Shown here in pieces: positions 18,935 through 29,100 of a DNA stretch of 41,029 nt. The translations under genes and the position numbers were made by a program. Below the pieces are notes generated by a model. The model was given only the letters and a program-made list of their open reading frames with translations, searched no databases and was not told the origin of the DNA. This stretch comes from a virus. Taxonomy: Duplodnaviria > Caudoviricetes. The stretch covers positions 1 to 41,029 of IMG/VR virus record IMGVR_UViG_3300033067_001690; one strand, given 5' to 3'. Position 1 is the stretch's first letter. Each line of letters opens with the position of its first letter.

Positions 18935-19789
18935 ATGAGTTTCACGACCTTCCAGGCAGTTCACTGGGACACCAAGCTGATGCGCCAGCTTCGCGCGCAG
19001 CAGGTCTACTCCGGCCTCTGCAACCGCGACTACGAGGGCGAGGCCACGCGCAACGGCTCCGTCCGCATCAACTCCATCAACGACGTCACGATCTTCAACG
19101 TCCAGCGCAACACGGACATCACGGCGCCGGAAGTACTCTCCTTCGTCGACCAGGACCTCAAGATCACCGAGGCGAAGGGTTACAACTTCCTCGTCGACAA
19201 CATCGACAAGCGCCAGGCGGCGGGCGACTTCATGCCGGCCGCGATGGAAACCACTGCGTTCGGCCTCGCCAAGGCGGCGGACAACTTCCTCAGCGCTCTG
19301 ATGCAGACCGACGCGGGCCTTACGGTCACCGCGGCGACCATCGGCATCGGCGCCGGCGAGTTCGCCATCTACGACGTGATCGTTGAGATGGGCGTCGCGC
19401 TCGACGAGACGAGCACTCCCGACGATGGCCGCTGGGTCGTGGTCCCGCCGTTCGCGGCCGGGCTCCTGCGCCTCGACGAGCGCTTCGTCGGCTTCGGCAC
19501 CGACGCCAGCCGGGCCGTCCTCAGGGGCGCTCCGATCGGCATGGTGGACAACTTCACCGTCTACCGCTCCAACCAGGTCCCGACCTCCGGCGTGGCCTAC
19601 TCGGTGCTGGCGGGCCACAAGATGGCGACGACCTACGCCAGCGCGATCGACGAGTCCGAGGCCTACAGCCCGGAGCGGCGGATCAAGACGGACGCCGTCA
19701 AGGGCGAACACGTCTACGGCGCTGCCGTCATTCGACCCGAACAGCTTGTTCGTTGCGACGTCACCCGTGGCGCGCTGCGGGCCGCGTAA
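18935..19789 (+). CDS. Major capsid protein, P22 coat (gp5)-like HK97 fold
   Basis: NRDYEGE...GSVRI, DDGRWVVVPP, G.IG.VDNF.VY.SN.VP and DAVKGEHVYGAAVIRPE motifs; RBS GAGGAGG. Confidence 0.92.
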   Translation: MSFTTFQAVHWDTKLMRQLRAQQVYSGLCNRDYEGEATRNGSVRINSINDVTIFNVQRNTDITAPEVLSFVDQDLKITEAKGYNFLVDNIDKRQAAGDFMPAAMETTAFGLAKAADNFLSALMQTDAGLTVTAATIGIGAGEFAIYDVIVEMGVALDETSTPDDGRWVVVPPFAAGLLRLDERFVGFGTDASRAVLRGAPIGMVDNFTVYRSNQVPTSGVAYSVLAGHKMATTYASAIDESEAYSPERRIKTDAVKGEHVYGAAVIRPEQLVRCDVTRGALRAA

Positions 19790-19801
19790 GGGAGGGCTGA
19801 C

Positions 19802-20200
19802 ATGGCTACCACGGCAATCGCCCCTGAGCTGCTGGTCTACAACACCCGCAGCGCCGACAAGTCCGTTGCTGACGCGACGGTCGCAACCACGCCTTCGGAT
19901 GGCTGGGTCATCTCGCTTGGCTCGTACGGCGCGATGGCGCGGCTCCTGCTCTTCCTCTCGGTCGACGCAAGCGGCGACACGTTCACCATCCTTGCCGGCG
20001 ACAACCCGCCATCCCTGCGGAAGGCGAAGGGCAACCTGTCCATCGTCCTCGCCGCGTCGGACGAGCGGTTCCTCATCCTCGAACCGGGCCGCTTCGTCCA
20101 GAACGACAACACGGTCCTCATCACCTGCACCGACGCGGGATCGGGCATTCGCGCCTGGTTCCTGCCCCTCAGCCTCGGCGGCGGATCGGCGGTCGCGTAA
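19802..20200 (+). CDS. Virion structural protein (capsid decoration-like)
   Basis: Beta-rich 132 aa following the capsid gene; RBS GGGAGG. Confidence 0.7.
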   Translation: MATTAIAPELLVYNTRSADKSVADATVATTPSDGWVISLGSYGAMARLLLFLSVDASGDTFTILAGDNPPSLRKAKGNLSIVLAASDERFLILEPGRFVQNDNTVLITCTDAGSGIRAWFLPLSLGGGSAVA

Positions 20201-20667
20201 TGGTGCAGGAACGCCAGAGCTCGGCTCGGGTGCTGAACGCCCTCGGCGTTCACGTGGCGAGGGCAACCGCCGCCCTGCCGGCCGCCCAGGCCGCGCTCTT
20301 CACCATCACTGGAGGGCGCGTGCTCCTCACCGGCTTCATCGGCCAGGTGACGGTCGCCATCCTCAACCAGGCCTGCACGCTCAAGCCGACGTCCAACCCG
20401 ACCACGGGGACGGACGTCGACATTGCAGCGGCGTCGGCCTCCGTCGCGGCCAAGGAGATCGGCTCCCTCTTCGGGATCACCGGCACCTTCGCGACAGCCA
20501 TGAACGTCAACAACGCAGGCGCCACGCCGTGGATGACCAATCCGGTCGTGCTCCCCATCGGGACGCTCGACCTGACGCCGTCCGCGGACAACTCCGCGAC
20601 GGGATCGGTGAAGTGGGACGTCTGGTACATCCCGCTCGACATCGGCGCGAAGCTGGTGGCCGCCTGA
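20200..20667 (+). CDS. Virion structural protein
   Basis: Beta-rich, T/A/V-rich, ends in WYIPLD.GA.LVAA; TAATG coupling. Confidence 0.7.
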   Translation: MVQERQSSARVLNALGVHVARATAALPAAQAALFTITGGRVLLTGFIGQVTVAILNQACTLKPTSNPTTGTDVDIAAASASVAAKEIGSLFGITGTFATAMNVNNAGATPWMTNPVVLPIGTLDLTPSADNSATGSVKWDVWYIPLDIGAKLVAA

Positions 20668-20692
20668 TGACTCACATGAAGGAGTCCATCCG

Positions 20693-21343
20693 ATGAGCGT
20701 CCCTACCCTCAACAGGGCCCGGAAGCGCAACTCAGCCAGCGACGAGACGGACCTCCGCGCCGACGAGTCGCTGTCCAACCTGCTTGTCGCCCAGGGCGGT
20801 ACTCCGTACGCGGAAATGGCCCGCGCCGGCGGCATCTGGAACGTCATGAGCGCGGCGGCGACGCCGCTGGTGGTGTTCCCCTCCACGCTCTCCGTTCTGG
20901 AGATCTACAACAACCCCGCGAGCGGGATGGCGCTTGAGGTCATCGACCTCATGCTCTTCCACCTCCTGGGGACGGCCGCGCTGCACAACCTGTCCATCTG
21001 GGCACAGGTGACCGCACCGAAGGCCGCTCCCTCGACGGCATCCCTCTCCATCAACTCCCAGAGCGGCCGCGGCAAGTACACCGAAACCGCGGCTACCAAG
21101 GTCACCTGCGGTGCCGGTACCACCGTCATCGCGACGGGCTGGCGTCCGTTCGGCACCCCCGGCTCTGGCGTCATTTCAACCGCACTCCCAGGTGAAGCGT
21201 TCAGCGTCCCGGTCAACGGTCAGCTGCTCGTTCCGCCCGGCTGCTCGCTCTGCATCACGGCCGTCGACGCGCTGGCCACGGCTTCGTCCGTGCAGCTCGG
21301 CGCGGCCTGGAATGAGCGCGTCGGCATGGTCGTCGCGGCATGA
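20693..21343 (+). CDS. Virion structural protein
   Basis: RBS AAGGAG; jelly-roll-like C-terminus LLVPPGCSLCI...W.E. Confidence 0.7.
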   Translation: MSVPTLNRARKRNSASDETDLRADESLSNLLVAQGGTPYAEMARAGGIWNVMSAAATPLVVFPSTLSVLEIYNNPASGMALEVIDLMLFHLLGTAALHNLSIWAQVTAPKAAPSTASLSINSQSGRGKYTETAATKVTCGAGTTVIATGWRPFGTPGSGVISTALPGEAFSVPVNGQLLVPPGCSLCITAVDALATASSVQLGAAWNERVGMVVAA

Positions 21344-21357
21344 AAAAGGAGGAGGCC

Positions 21358-21594
21358 ATGGCCTTCAAGGTTGGGGACCAGCTCGGCGATCACGCGATCG
21401 TCGAGGACCTGCTCGACGACCCCAAACACCCGCGGGAGAACTTCGGCTATCGCCAGTTCGATCCGGAGATTGGGAGCACGCTGGGCGATTACACCGTGGT
21501 TGCCGAAGGGACCAAGGACGCGAAAGCGGTCTGGGTGCACATCGACGGCAGCCCGGAGGGCACGTCAAACAAGGTCTGGCTCGTCAAGAGCTGA
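21358..21594 (+). CDS. Hypothetical protein (78 aa)
   Basis: ATG at 21358 after AAGGAGGAGG. Confidence 0.7.
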   Translation: MAFKVGDQLGDHAIVEDLLDDPKHPRENFGYRQFDPEIGSTLGDYTVVAEGTKDAKAVWVHIDGSPEGTSNKVWLVKS

Positions 21595-21604
21595 GCCAGG
21601 CGTA

Positions 21605-21648
21605 GGGCAGAACGGCCGGGGCTGTCACGAGCGGCCCCGGCCCTGCTC
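21605..21648 (+). promoter_or_regulatory. Intergenic stem-loop (no U tract)
   Basis: GGCCGGGGCTG/CGGCCCCGGCC inner stem with GGGCAG/CTGCTC outer stem. Confidence 0.6.
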
Positions 21649-21670
21649 ATCCCCCGCATGAGAGGCGCAA

Positions 21671-22228
21671 ATGCCGTTCGAACCAGTTACCCCGGTCGAC
21701 TTCGAGAACAACCCGATTTTCCCCCTGCAACAGGGCGACATTCTCTCCGTTACCGGTACGGAGCTGCTTCGCCTCGAGAGGACGTTCACCCGGCCGAACG
21801 ACACGACCCAGTACACCGCCGGCGACGTCGTTGGTCCGATCGCCGGATCGGCCCTGATCTCGTTTTCGGTGCCGCTTTCCGGTTACATCGTCGGCCTCGC
21901 GCTCATCGACAGCGTCAACGCGGCGACCCTGATGCAGCCTGAGATTCAGATCTACGACGCCTCACCCGGCCAGGGCCAGGCCGACAACGCCGCATGGACC
22001 GCGGAGGACATCTCCGAACGGAACTGGGTGGGCGCCGTCTCACTGGCCAACTCGTTCGTTGGTGGGGCCACGGCCGGCAGCGGTCAGTCGACCCGCTTCA
22101 AGGCAGACAACCTCAACATCGCCTACGGCCCGTCGAACGCCCTGCACTTCCTCATCATTACCCGGAACGCCTACACCCCCGCGGCGCTGGAAACGTTCAC
22201 CCTGCGGGCCTGGATTCAGCGCCCGTGA
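21671..22228 (+). CDS. Virion structural protein
   Basis: TFTRPNDTTQYTAGDVVG, ADNAAW and TRNAYTPAA..TFTL motifs seen in phage structural proteins. Confidence 0.7.
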   Translation: MPFEPVTPVDFENNPIFPLQQGDILSVTGTELLRLERTFTRPNDTTQYTAGDVVGPIAGSALISFSVPLSGYIVGLALIDSVNAATLMQPEIQIYDASPGQGQADNAAWTAEDISERNWVGAVSLANSFVGGATAGSGQSTRFKADNLNIAYGPSNALHFLIITRNAYTPAALETFTLRAWIQRP

Positions 22229-23019
22229 GACTCAGCCCGGCCCGGGCGCCGCTGAGCGCCCCGCCGTCCGCGCGGGATCAGTTCCTCGCCACCCTGCGCA
22301 GCATCGTCGGCGACGCGCGGATCATCTGGCTGCCGAAGACGGGCGACGGCGTGACGGTCGCGGAGCAATCCCCCCAGCGCCAGGCGCTCACCTTCAACGC
22401 CGCTCCCTCCATCGCCGCCCTCGGCACCAAAGACGGGGCAGCCGTCACCTTCGACGGCGCGGCAACCCGCGCGACGATCCCCGACTCGAACCTCAACAGC
22501 TTCGGCAACGGCACGACGGACAGTCCGTTCAGCGTCATCGCTCTCGGCAACTTCACGAACAACGGCGCCCAGAAGACGATCGCGGCCAAGTTCCAATCGG
22601 CCCCCGGCCGAGAGTGGGACTGGTACCTCAACACGACCGCCATCCTCACCCTGCGCCTCGGCGACGCCTCCGCGGCCGTCTTCCCCTCATCCGGACTCAA
22701 CGTCGCGGTCAGCCTCGGCGTCCCTGTCCTGGTCGGCTCGACCTATACGGCCGCGACGGGAGGGGCGACCGCCGGCAACGACATCATCCACTACGTGAAC
22801 GGCGCCACCGGTGCGGCCACCGCCAGCAACAACGCCAGCTATGTCGCGATGGAGAACGGGACCTCACCGATCGAGATTGGGTCCGACCTGAACGGCAGCG
22901 CCTCGCTGTGGATGGCCGGCACGCTCAGCCTCTTCATCCTTGTCGCAGGTGCGCTCTCCGCCGATCAGCACATGCGCGTGAAGAACGCCGTCAACAGCTA
23001 CTTCGGGCTGACCCTGTGA
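22225..23019 (+). CDS. LamG/concanavalin-like jelly-roll virion protein
   Basis: SFGNG.TDSPFSV, TI.AK, TY......I..YVNG, PIEIG and L....ALSA motifs; GTGA-coupled start at 22225. Confidence 0.75.
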   Translation: MRLSPARAPLSAPPSARDQFLATLRSIVGDARIIWLPKTGDGVTVAEQSPQRQALTFNAAPSIAALGTKDGAAVTFDGAATRATIPDSNLNSFGNGTTDSPFSVIALGNFTNNGAQKTIAAKFQSAPGREWDWYLNTTAILTLRLGDASAAVFPSSGLNVAVSLGVPVLVGSTYTAATGGATAGNDIIHYVNGATGAATASNNASYVAMENGTSPIEIGSDLNGSASLWMAGTLSLFILVAGALSADQHMRVKNAVNSYFGLTL

Positions 23020-24272
23020 GTTTCGCCTGGAACGGGTCGCGGAGCCTCGTGACCGCCGGCGACTCCAAAACCGCGCAAGGGAGCACGATCAGCGGCTCGC
23101 AGCGTGTCTTCAACCCCGGCGGCTACCAGCACCATCTCAACGGGATCCTGAAGCAGCGGCTCGCCTTCCCCATCGAGAACAACGCCGGCGTCGGCGGTGA
23201 CACAAGCGCGATGATGCTCGCGCGCTACGCGACCGACGTGGTTGCACTTGCTCCCGGCTTCGTCATCGTCGAGATCGGCACGAACGACCTGACGGCGGGC
23301 ACAGACGCGGCAACGACGATCGCCAACATCGCGGCGATCATCGCGCTCAACCAAGCCGCCGGCGCCGTGACCATCCTCTCCGAGATCAGTTGCCGGTCCG
23401 GATGGGGCGCGCTTACGGCCGGCCAGAAGACGGTTGCGAGGAACAAACTCAACCACATCAATCGCCACATCCGGGAAGTGTTCAGCCGCCTTGCGGGCGT
23501 CTTCGTCGCAAGCCCCAACACCTACTGGACGGATCCGGCCAGCAGCACGGGCGACCCGGCCAGCGGCTACACGAGCGACGGCCTGCACGACATCGCCAAG
23601 GGCGCCTACTACCGCGCGCTCAGCTACTACAACGTGCTCGACCCGCTTCTGCCGCCGCTCTACGCAGCCCACCTCAGCCCGGCCGACCTCTACGACGCCA
23701 CAGACAACCCGGACGGGAATCTCCTCACGAATGGCATTTTCGCCGGCACTGGGGGCACTCCCGGTACCGGCAGCTCGGGCACGCTGGCCAGCGCGTGGAG
23801 CTTCGCGCGCGGCGCAGGGTCGACGTCGGCGACGATCACCGCCCAGGCGCGCACAGACGGTCTGCCCGGCTATGAGCAGGTCGTCGACTTCGCCGCGGTT
23901 TCCGGTGCGGCCCGGGAAGTGTTCGAGCTGAGCCAGAACGTGTCGTCCAACTATGCCGCCGGCGACCAGCTGGTGGGCGAGGTGGACATCGAGCTGAGCA
24001 GCTCGCAGAACATCACCGGGATCGCCCTGATCCTCTACGACATCCACACGTCGACCATCGTGCAGACGGCGGCGGACGGGAACCTCGGGCAGGACACCTA
24101 CTACTACCCGACCGTTGCCCACTCCCTGCGGCTTCGCACCCCGGTTCTCACTCCCTCGGCGGGGACCACCGCGGTCAAGTTCGACGTGGTTGTGTTCTTC
24201 AACGCCAACGTCGGCGCGCAGACGTTCACGATGAAGGTTCGCAACGCCAGCCTGAGGCACGTTTCCGCATGA
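23016..24272 (+). CDS. SGNH/GDSL hydrolase with C-terminal carbohydrate-binding-like domain (tail appendage)
   Basis: Blocks GDSKT, NAGVGGDTS, EIGTND and DGLH are intact; GNLLTNGIF starts a beta-sandwich domain; GTGA-coupled start. Confidence 0.85.
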   Translation: MSFAWNGSRSLVTAGDSKTAQGSTISGSQRVFNPGGYQHHLNGILKQRLAFPIENNAGVGGDTSAMMLARYATDVVALAPGFVIVEIGTNDLTAGTDAATTIANIAAIIALNQAAGAVTILSEISCRSGWGALTAGQKTVARNKLNHINRHIREVFSRLAGVFVASPNTYWTDPASSTGDPASGYTSDGLHDIAKGAYYRALSYYNVLDPLLPPLYAAHLSPADLYDATDNPDGNLLTNGIFAGTGGTPGTGSSGTLASAWSFARGAGSTSATITAQARTDGLPGYEQVVDFAAVSGAAREVFELSQNVSSNYAAGDQLVGEVDIELSSSQNITGIALILYDIHTSTIVQTAADGNLGQDTYYYPTVAHSLRLRTPVLTPSAGTTAVKFDVVVFFNANVGAQTFTMKVRNASLRHVSA

Positions 24273-25045
24273 GCCTCCTGCTTCTCCTCATGGCGGCCGC
24301 GGCCGCGGCCGGTCCGTCGGCAGACCCCTGCGCCGACAACGAGCTCGGCCCAATCACGAACACCGGAGCCGACAGCGCGAACGATGCCGCCTTCGGGACG
24401 GAGGAGTGGGCGACCGGCGTCACCTTCCCCGCCGGCGTCGAGTTCGCGGCCGTGCAGGCGCTGGTCGGGAGTGCCACGCAGGGGCTTGTCATTCCCAGCC
24501 CGTACGCCGATCCGTGGCTCGCGCCCTCGGACCTGGTGAGCGGGGAGATCCTCGGGATGACGCTATCGGTCGACGCCAAGGTGGACGTCGCCGGATCCAC
24601 TCCTCTGCGCGTTGTCCTGCGCCTTCCAGGCGGCGATTTGGGCACGGCGAAGACGCTGAGCCACCTGACGACGTCGCGCGCGAGCTACGACCTCGGCGAC
24701 TGTCACGACCTCTGGGGGCTGCGCGAGCGAATGCCGCTGTCCCTGCTCACCGATCCGGAGTTCGCGGCCATCTGCTACGCGGGCGCCGGCGCGGACGTCG
24801 TGTTCACCGTCTACAACCTCACGCTGACCGTGTTCTATGCCGCCGTGGTCGCCACCCCTCCATCGGCCGGCGGGGCGAGCATCGGCGGGGCCATTCCTTC
24901 AGGCATGGGCACGCTGGCAGCGATCGGCCCAGGCCGTGCGTCTGCGGCCGCGGTTCCCTCCGGAACGGGCTCCGTCGCCGGTGCGCCTCCGGCCGGACGT
25001 GCCGCTCTCTCCGTTCCCCCATCCGGAAAGGCGGTGCCTTCGTGA
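24269..25045 (+). CDS. Virion structural protein with jelly-roll domain
   Basis: MSLLLLL start; EILGMTLSV...G...DLWG...F...TLTVFY domain also present in the 26136 protein; low-complexity tail. Confidence 0.6.
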   Translation: MSLLLLLMAAAAAAGPSADPCADNELGPITNTGADSANDAAFGTEEWATGVTFPAGVEFAAVQALVGSATQGLVIPSPYADPWLAPSDLVSGEILGMTLSVDAKVDVAGSTPLRVVLRLPGGDLGTAKTLSHLTTSRASYDLGDCHDLWGLRERMPLSLLTDPEFAAICYAGAGADVVFTVYNLTLTVFYAAVVATPPSAGGASIGGAIPSGMGTLAAIGPGRASAAAVPSGTGSVAGAPPAGRAALSVPPSGKAVPS

Positions 25046-26139
25046 CTGTTTCGCTCACCATCTACGTCGAGGATCCGGCAGCCAAGCTGCTCAGCTTCAC
25101 GACGATCCGCCTCTACCGCGACAGCTCACCCACGGGCACATTCGCCACCCTTGCGGCCTCGGCGGCGCTGGTGTCCGGCCAGACGCAGTACTCCTTCAGC
25201 GACTCCGGCGGTACCGTCGACAGCTGGTACCGGTTCCAGTTCTACAACGCGACCGGCCCGGTCGTCAGTGACTTCGGCCCTGCCTTCCAGCCGACAAGCT
25301 TCACCCTGCGCACCCTGCGCCTCGCGGCCGCACGGATGGCAGGGTCGGCGTTCTCGGGCACCTGCAGCAGCGACGGGTCGTCGACCTCCCTGGTGGCGAA
25401 GCACCTGCTCAACTCCGGCAAGGATGCCCACTTCCACGAGGGCGACTGGCTCTACCGTCCGGACGCGTCGGCGAGCGGCGACAAGGTGCGGCGGATCATC
25501 GAAAGCGGCTTCAACACCTCCACCGGCGCGTTCTCCATCCCGACCGGCGACGCCTGGTCGGTTCTCCCGGCGACGGATGAGGTCTATCAGGTGTTCGGGC
25601 TCTTCCCACCCATCGCGATCGATGGCGAGTCGACCTGTTGGGACGAGCTGATCCGCCAGGCGCTCCGTCGCCTCTGGGTGCGGGACCAGATCGAACTTGG
25701 CGTGGGCACGACCACCGGCAAGACGCGGTATTCCGTCTCGGCCGTGGCGCCCTACGCGCACAAGCTGCGCGTGCGCCAGGTCTGGCTCCGCACCTTCGAC
25801 GACAACGACTTCCCCACGGACCAGCTCTTCGGCCGGGTCGGCACCTGGTGGCGAATGGTGGACAACGCAGCGGACGGGCTCTTTCTCGACCTCTCCTATG
25901 CCCCGGCGACAACGGAGCACGTCATCATCGAAGTCGACCGCAACTATCCCGCCCTTTACGCCGATACGGATGTGGTCGCCGGAACGGACGGCGCGTTCGA
26001 CCTCGCCACGGCTGCCGTCGCCCGCCAGGCGCTCATCGCCAGCAAGCAGATGGGGAGCCAGCGCTGGGCGGACGTCGACGGACAGTACCGCGAGCTGGCG
26101 GCCACCTACGGCGCGCGGTCCGGCGGAGTACTGCAATGA
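25042..26139 (+). CDS. Probable head-tail adaptor / tail tubular-A-like protein with N-terminal Ig/Fn3-like domain
   Basis: GTGA-coupled, 365 aa; IRLYR...Y.F.D.....WYR.QFYN Fn3-like segment, then TLRTLRLAAAR and WDELIRQALRRL adaptor-like helices. Confidence 0.55.
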   Translation: MTVSLTIYVEDPAAKLLSFTTIRLYRDSSPTGTFATLAASAALVSGQTQYSFSDSGGTVDSWYRFQFYNATGPVVSDFGPAFQPTSFTLRTLRLAAARMAGSAFSGTCSSDGSSTSLVAKHLLNSGKDAHFHEGDWLYRPDASASGDKVRRIIESGFNTSTGAFSIPTGDAWSVLPATDEVYQVFGLFPPIAIDGESTCWDELIRQALRRLWVRDQIELGVGTTTGKTRYSVSAVAPYAHKLRVRQVWLRTFDDNDFPTDQLFGRVGTWWRMVDNAADGLFLDLSYAPATTEHVIIEVDRNYPALYADTDVVAGTDGAFDLATAAVARQALIASKQMGSQRWADVDGQYRELAATYGARSGGVLQ

Positions 26140-29100
26140 GCGGCAAGAGCGGGACCCCGTTCAAGGACCGGTTCAACGTCCGGATCAACGAGAAGGCGTA
26201 CAAGGTCGCCACTCCGGACGAAGTGCGTGCCGCCACCTCCGGGCGCGCCTGGACCACCCGCCAGAAGTCGAGCCAGGGCGGCGACGGCGAACGCTTCACG
26301 ATCGCGATCCGCGACTTCTCCACCGGGGCAGGGTTCAGCCACGACGGGCCGGCCGGCACCTACTGCTACGCCCGCGGCTTCGACTGTTCGACGCCCGGCG
26401 AGGCGGTGACCTGGCCGCACCTCGTTGAGGGCGACAGCTTCCTCAGCACGGACGTCCGCGGCTGGCAGTTCCGGGTCGGGCAGTACCTCTACGTCGCCCG
26501 CGGCCGCTACGTCTGCAAGTACCTCATCAACCCGAACAGCGCCGGCGTGAACTGGCCGATCATCGAACGGCACGACCTGGCGGCAGGGACCGTCGCCGGC
26601 GACGTGATCGCGGGCCGGCCGGAGGTGTTCGCCGGCAAGGCCTACGTCCCCGTCCGGACCGGCGCCACCGGCGCGCTCGAGCGTTACCACCAGCTCACGA
26701 CGGTCAGCACCTTCGACGCCGAGATCCAGACGATCACCATCAGCGGCACGCCCACGAGCGGCACCTACACGATCAGCTGGAACGGATCGACGTCGGCCGC
26801 GATCGCCTACAACGCCGGGCAGGCTGCGGTTCAGGCGGCACTGCGCGCCATCCCCGGACTGGAGCAGGTGACGGTCGTCACGACCGGGAGTACTCCGAAC
26901 TTCACGCACACCGTGACCATGACCGGCGCCGGCGGCGCACTGGGGACGGCCAGCCCGCCCCAGATGACCAACACGGACGGGACCAGCGGCGGCGCGCACG
27001 CGATTGCCCACGCCACGACGCACGCGGGCACCAGTGACACCTGGACGCGTGCGGCGGCGGCTCTGATGGCGAAGTGCTTCCGTCGCTACGGGATCAAGCT
27101 CCAGCGCGGCCAGGGCAACACCGCCGCCCCGGGCGACTACAACCGCGTCTACGCCGTCGAGGGCGACCCGATGACTGCGGGCGACTGGAACCCGGCGGCC
27201 GGCGCCGGCTACGAGTTCGGGGACAACGCCCACGAGGTCAACGACATGGCCGACTTCGGGAGCATCCTGGTCGTCGGCAAGAGCGACGGCGTTTACTCGC
27301 TCGATCCCTCGTTCCAGAGCCAGGCGCTGTTGCCGGACTTCGTGAACTTCGTCGACGACGGGAACTGCATCGGGATGGAGACGGGCTTGGGCCTCCTCCT
27401 CGTGCCGATGATCAGCGGTCTGGTGAGCTTTGATGGTGTCGGCTTCGACGTGATCGGCCCGGACCAGGAGAAGCGGCTGAACGCGCGCATCGATCGCGGC
27501 GTGGGACGCTTCGCCTCGCTCGCGGTGGGCGGCGGTGGAGTCGTCTACTACACCGCCAACGACGGGTTCAACGTCGAAGGCATCCTCGGCAGCTTCCGCC
27601 TCCCGCAGGCCGGCCAGCCGCGGAAGATGATCTTCCACCAGCACGAGATCGAGGGCGGGCGCTACGAGAACGTGATCCTCCTGCCGTCGACGTCGGAGCC
27701 GGCCGCGCCGAAGACGCCGAGCACCTGGAGCGACGACGCAACGGTGGGGACGCTCGCCTGGTCGAGCCCGAGTAACGCCGCGGCCGAGGATGACACAGCC
27801 GCCACGGCCAGCGGGACGGGCACAACCCACTACCTCAAGGGGCTCAGCCCGCAGCCGAACATCCCCAGCGACGCCACGATCCTCGGCATCGTCCCGGCGG
27901 TGAAGCGCCGCGGCTGGAGCACGCTGACAAAGAGCCAGGAGACGAACGGCGGGTACGCATCCTCGCAGAACGCGACCTACAACACGGCGCGTTCGGGCGG
28001 GGGCACGCTGGCAGCCACGAACGCGCCTGCAACCGCCTTGTTCGGCCAATCGCTTATCGGCGGGGTCTACACCTATTACCTGGCCTACTTGGACTTCGAC
28101 ACCTCCGCGATTCCGGACACCGCCGAGGTCCTCAGTGTCGCTCTCGGCGTCTATGCCACGGTCGCCAGCCCCGGCGAAACGGCCGCCGCGGTGCAGGCCC
28201 GGCTCTACGACTTTGGGGCGACGGTGACGACGGCCGACATGATCGCCGGCGCGTCGCTTGCGGCTTTACCGCTGCTTGCGACCGCGGACGCGACCCTCTG
28301 GCAGAACGCCCCGGTAGCGGTTCCGTTTACCTCCGAGGCGCTGTTCGCCACGAACATCAACCGCACCGGCAATACGCGCATCGTGCTTTGCACGGATGCT
28401 CAGGTGGTCGGGACCGCCCCCGCCAGCGGCACCAACCCGCGGCAGATCTACCTCTCCGGCGCTGGCGGAAACTACCCGACGCTGGTGGTCAGGTACAAAG
28501 ACATTGTCGACGGCACCATCAAGATGGTGAAGGTCGGCGCGATCGCCGGAAACAACCTCGCCAGCGCGGCCCAGTGGCCAGGCGCGTTCGACTGGGCGGA
28601 GTACGGCGGGGCCTCGGACCTACTGGGCACGACCTGGACGCCGGCGCAGGCGAACGATGCGACGACCGGCATGGTCATTTCCGCTACCTCCACCGGCGCA
28701 GGCACCTTCGAAGTCGATACGGCAACGATCACCTGGTACTACACCGTGCCGGGACAGAGCGACGTCGCAACGCTGCTGAGCGTGTTGGCGGTGAGCGCAG
28801 ACCGCACGACCGTGCACCCGAAGATCTGGCAGCTGCCGAGGAACGGCCAGACGGTCGGCAACGACCCGCTTCTCTCGCTCGCGCGGGATAACGCGCTCCT
28901 GCAGCTCACGCGCTACAGCGGGCCCGGCCGCAACCTCGAGAAGGCCTACGACACGGTGATCTTCTGGGCGGAGATGAGCGCCAGCAACGGCACCGGCCCC
29001 GGCCTCACGGTCGAATACACGCTCGACGATGAGCACTGGGCCAGCATCCTCGACGCGAACGGCGCGGCCCTGGAGGTGGGTGCCGCCCTCGGCGCCGCGG

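Noticed and set aside
20667-20696. 9-aa ORF MTHMKESIR coupling two structural genes
   Set aside because: It only contains the RBS of the next gene; no independent support.
26106-28049. 647-aa minus-strand ORF
   Set aside because: Antisense shadow of the large tail gene.
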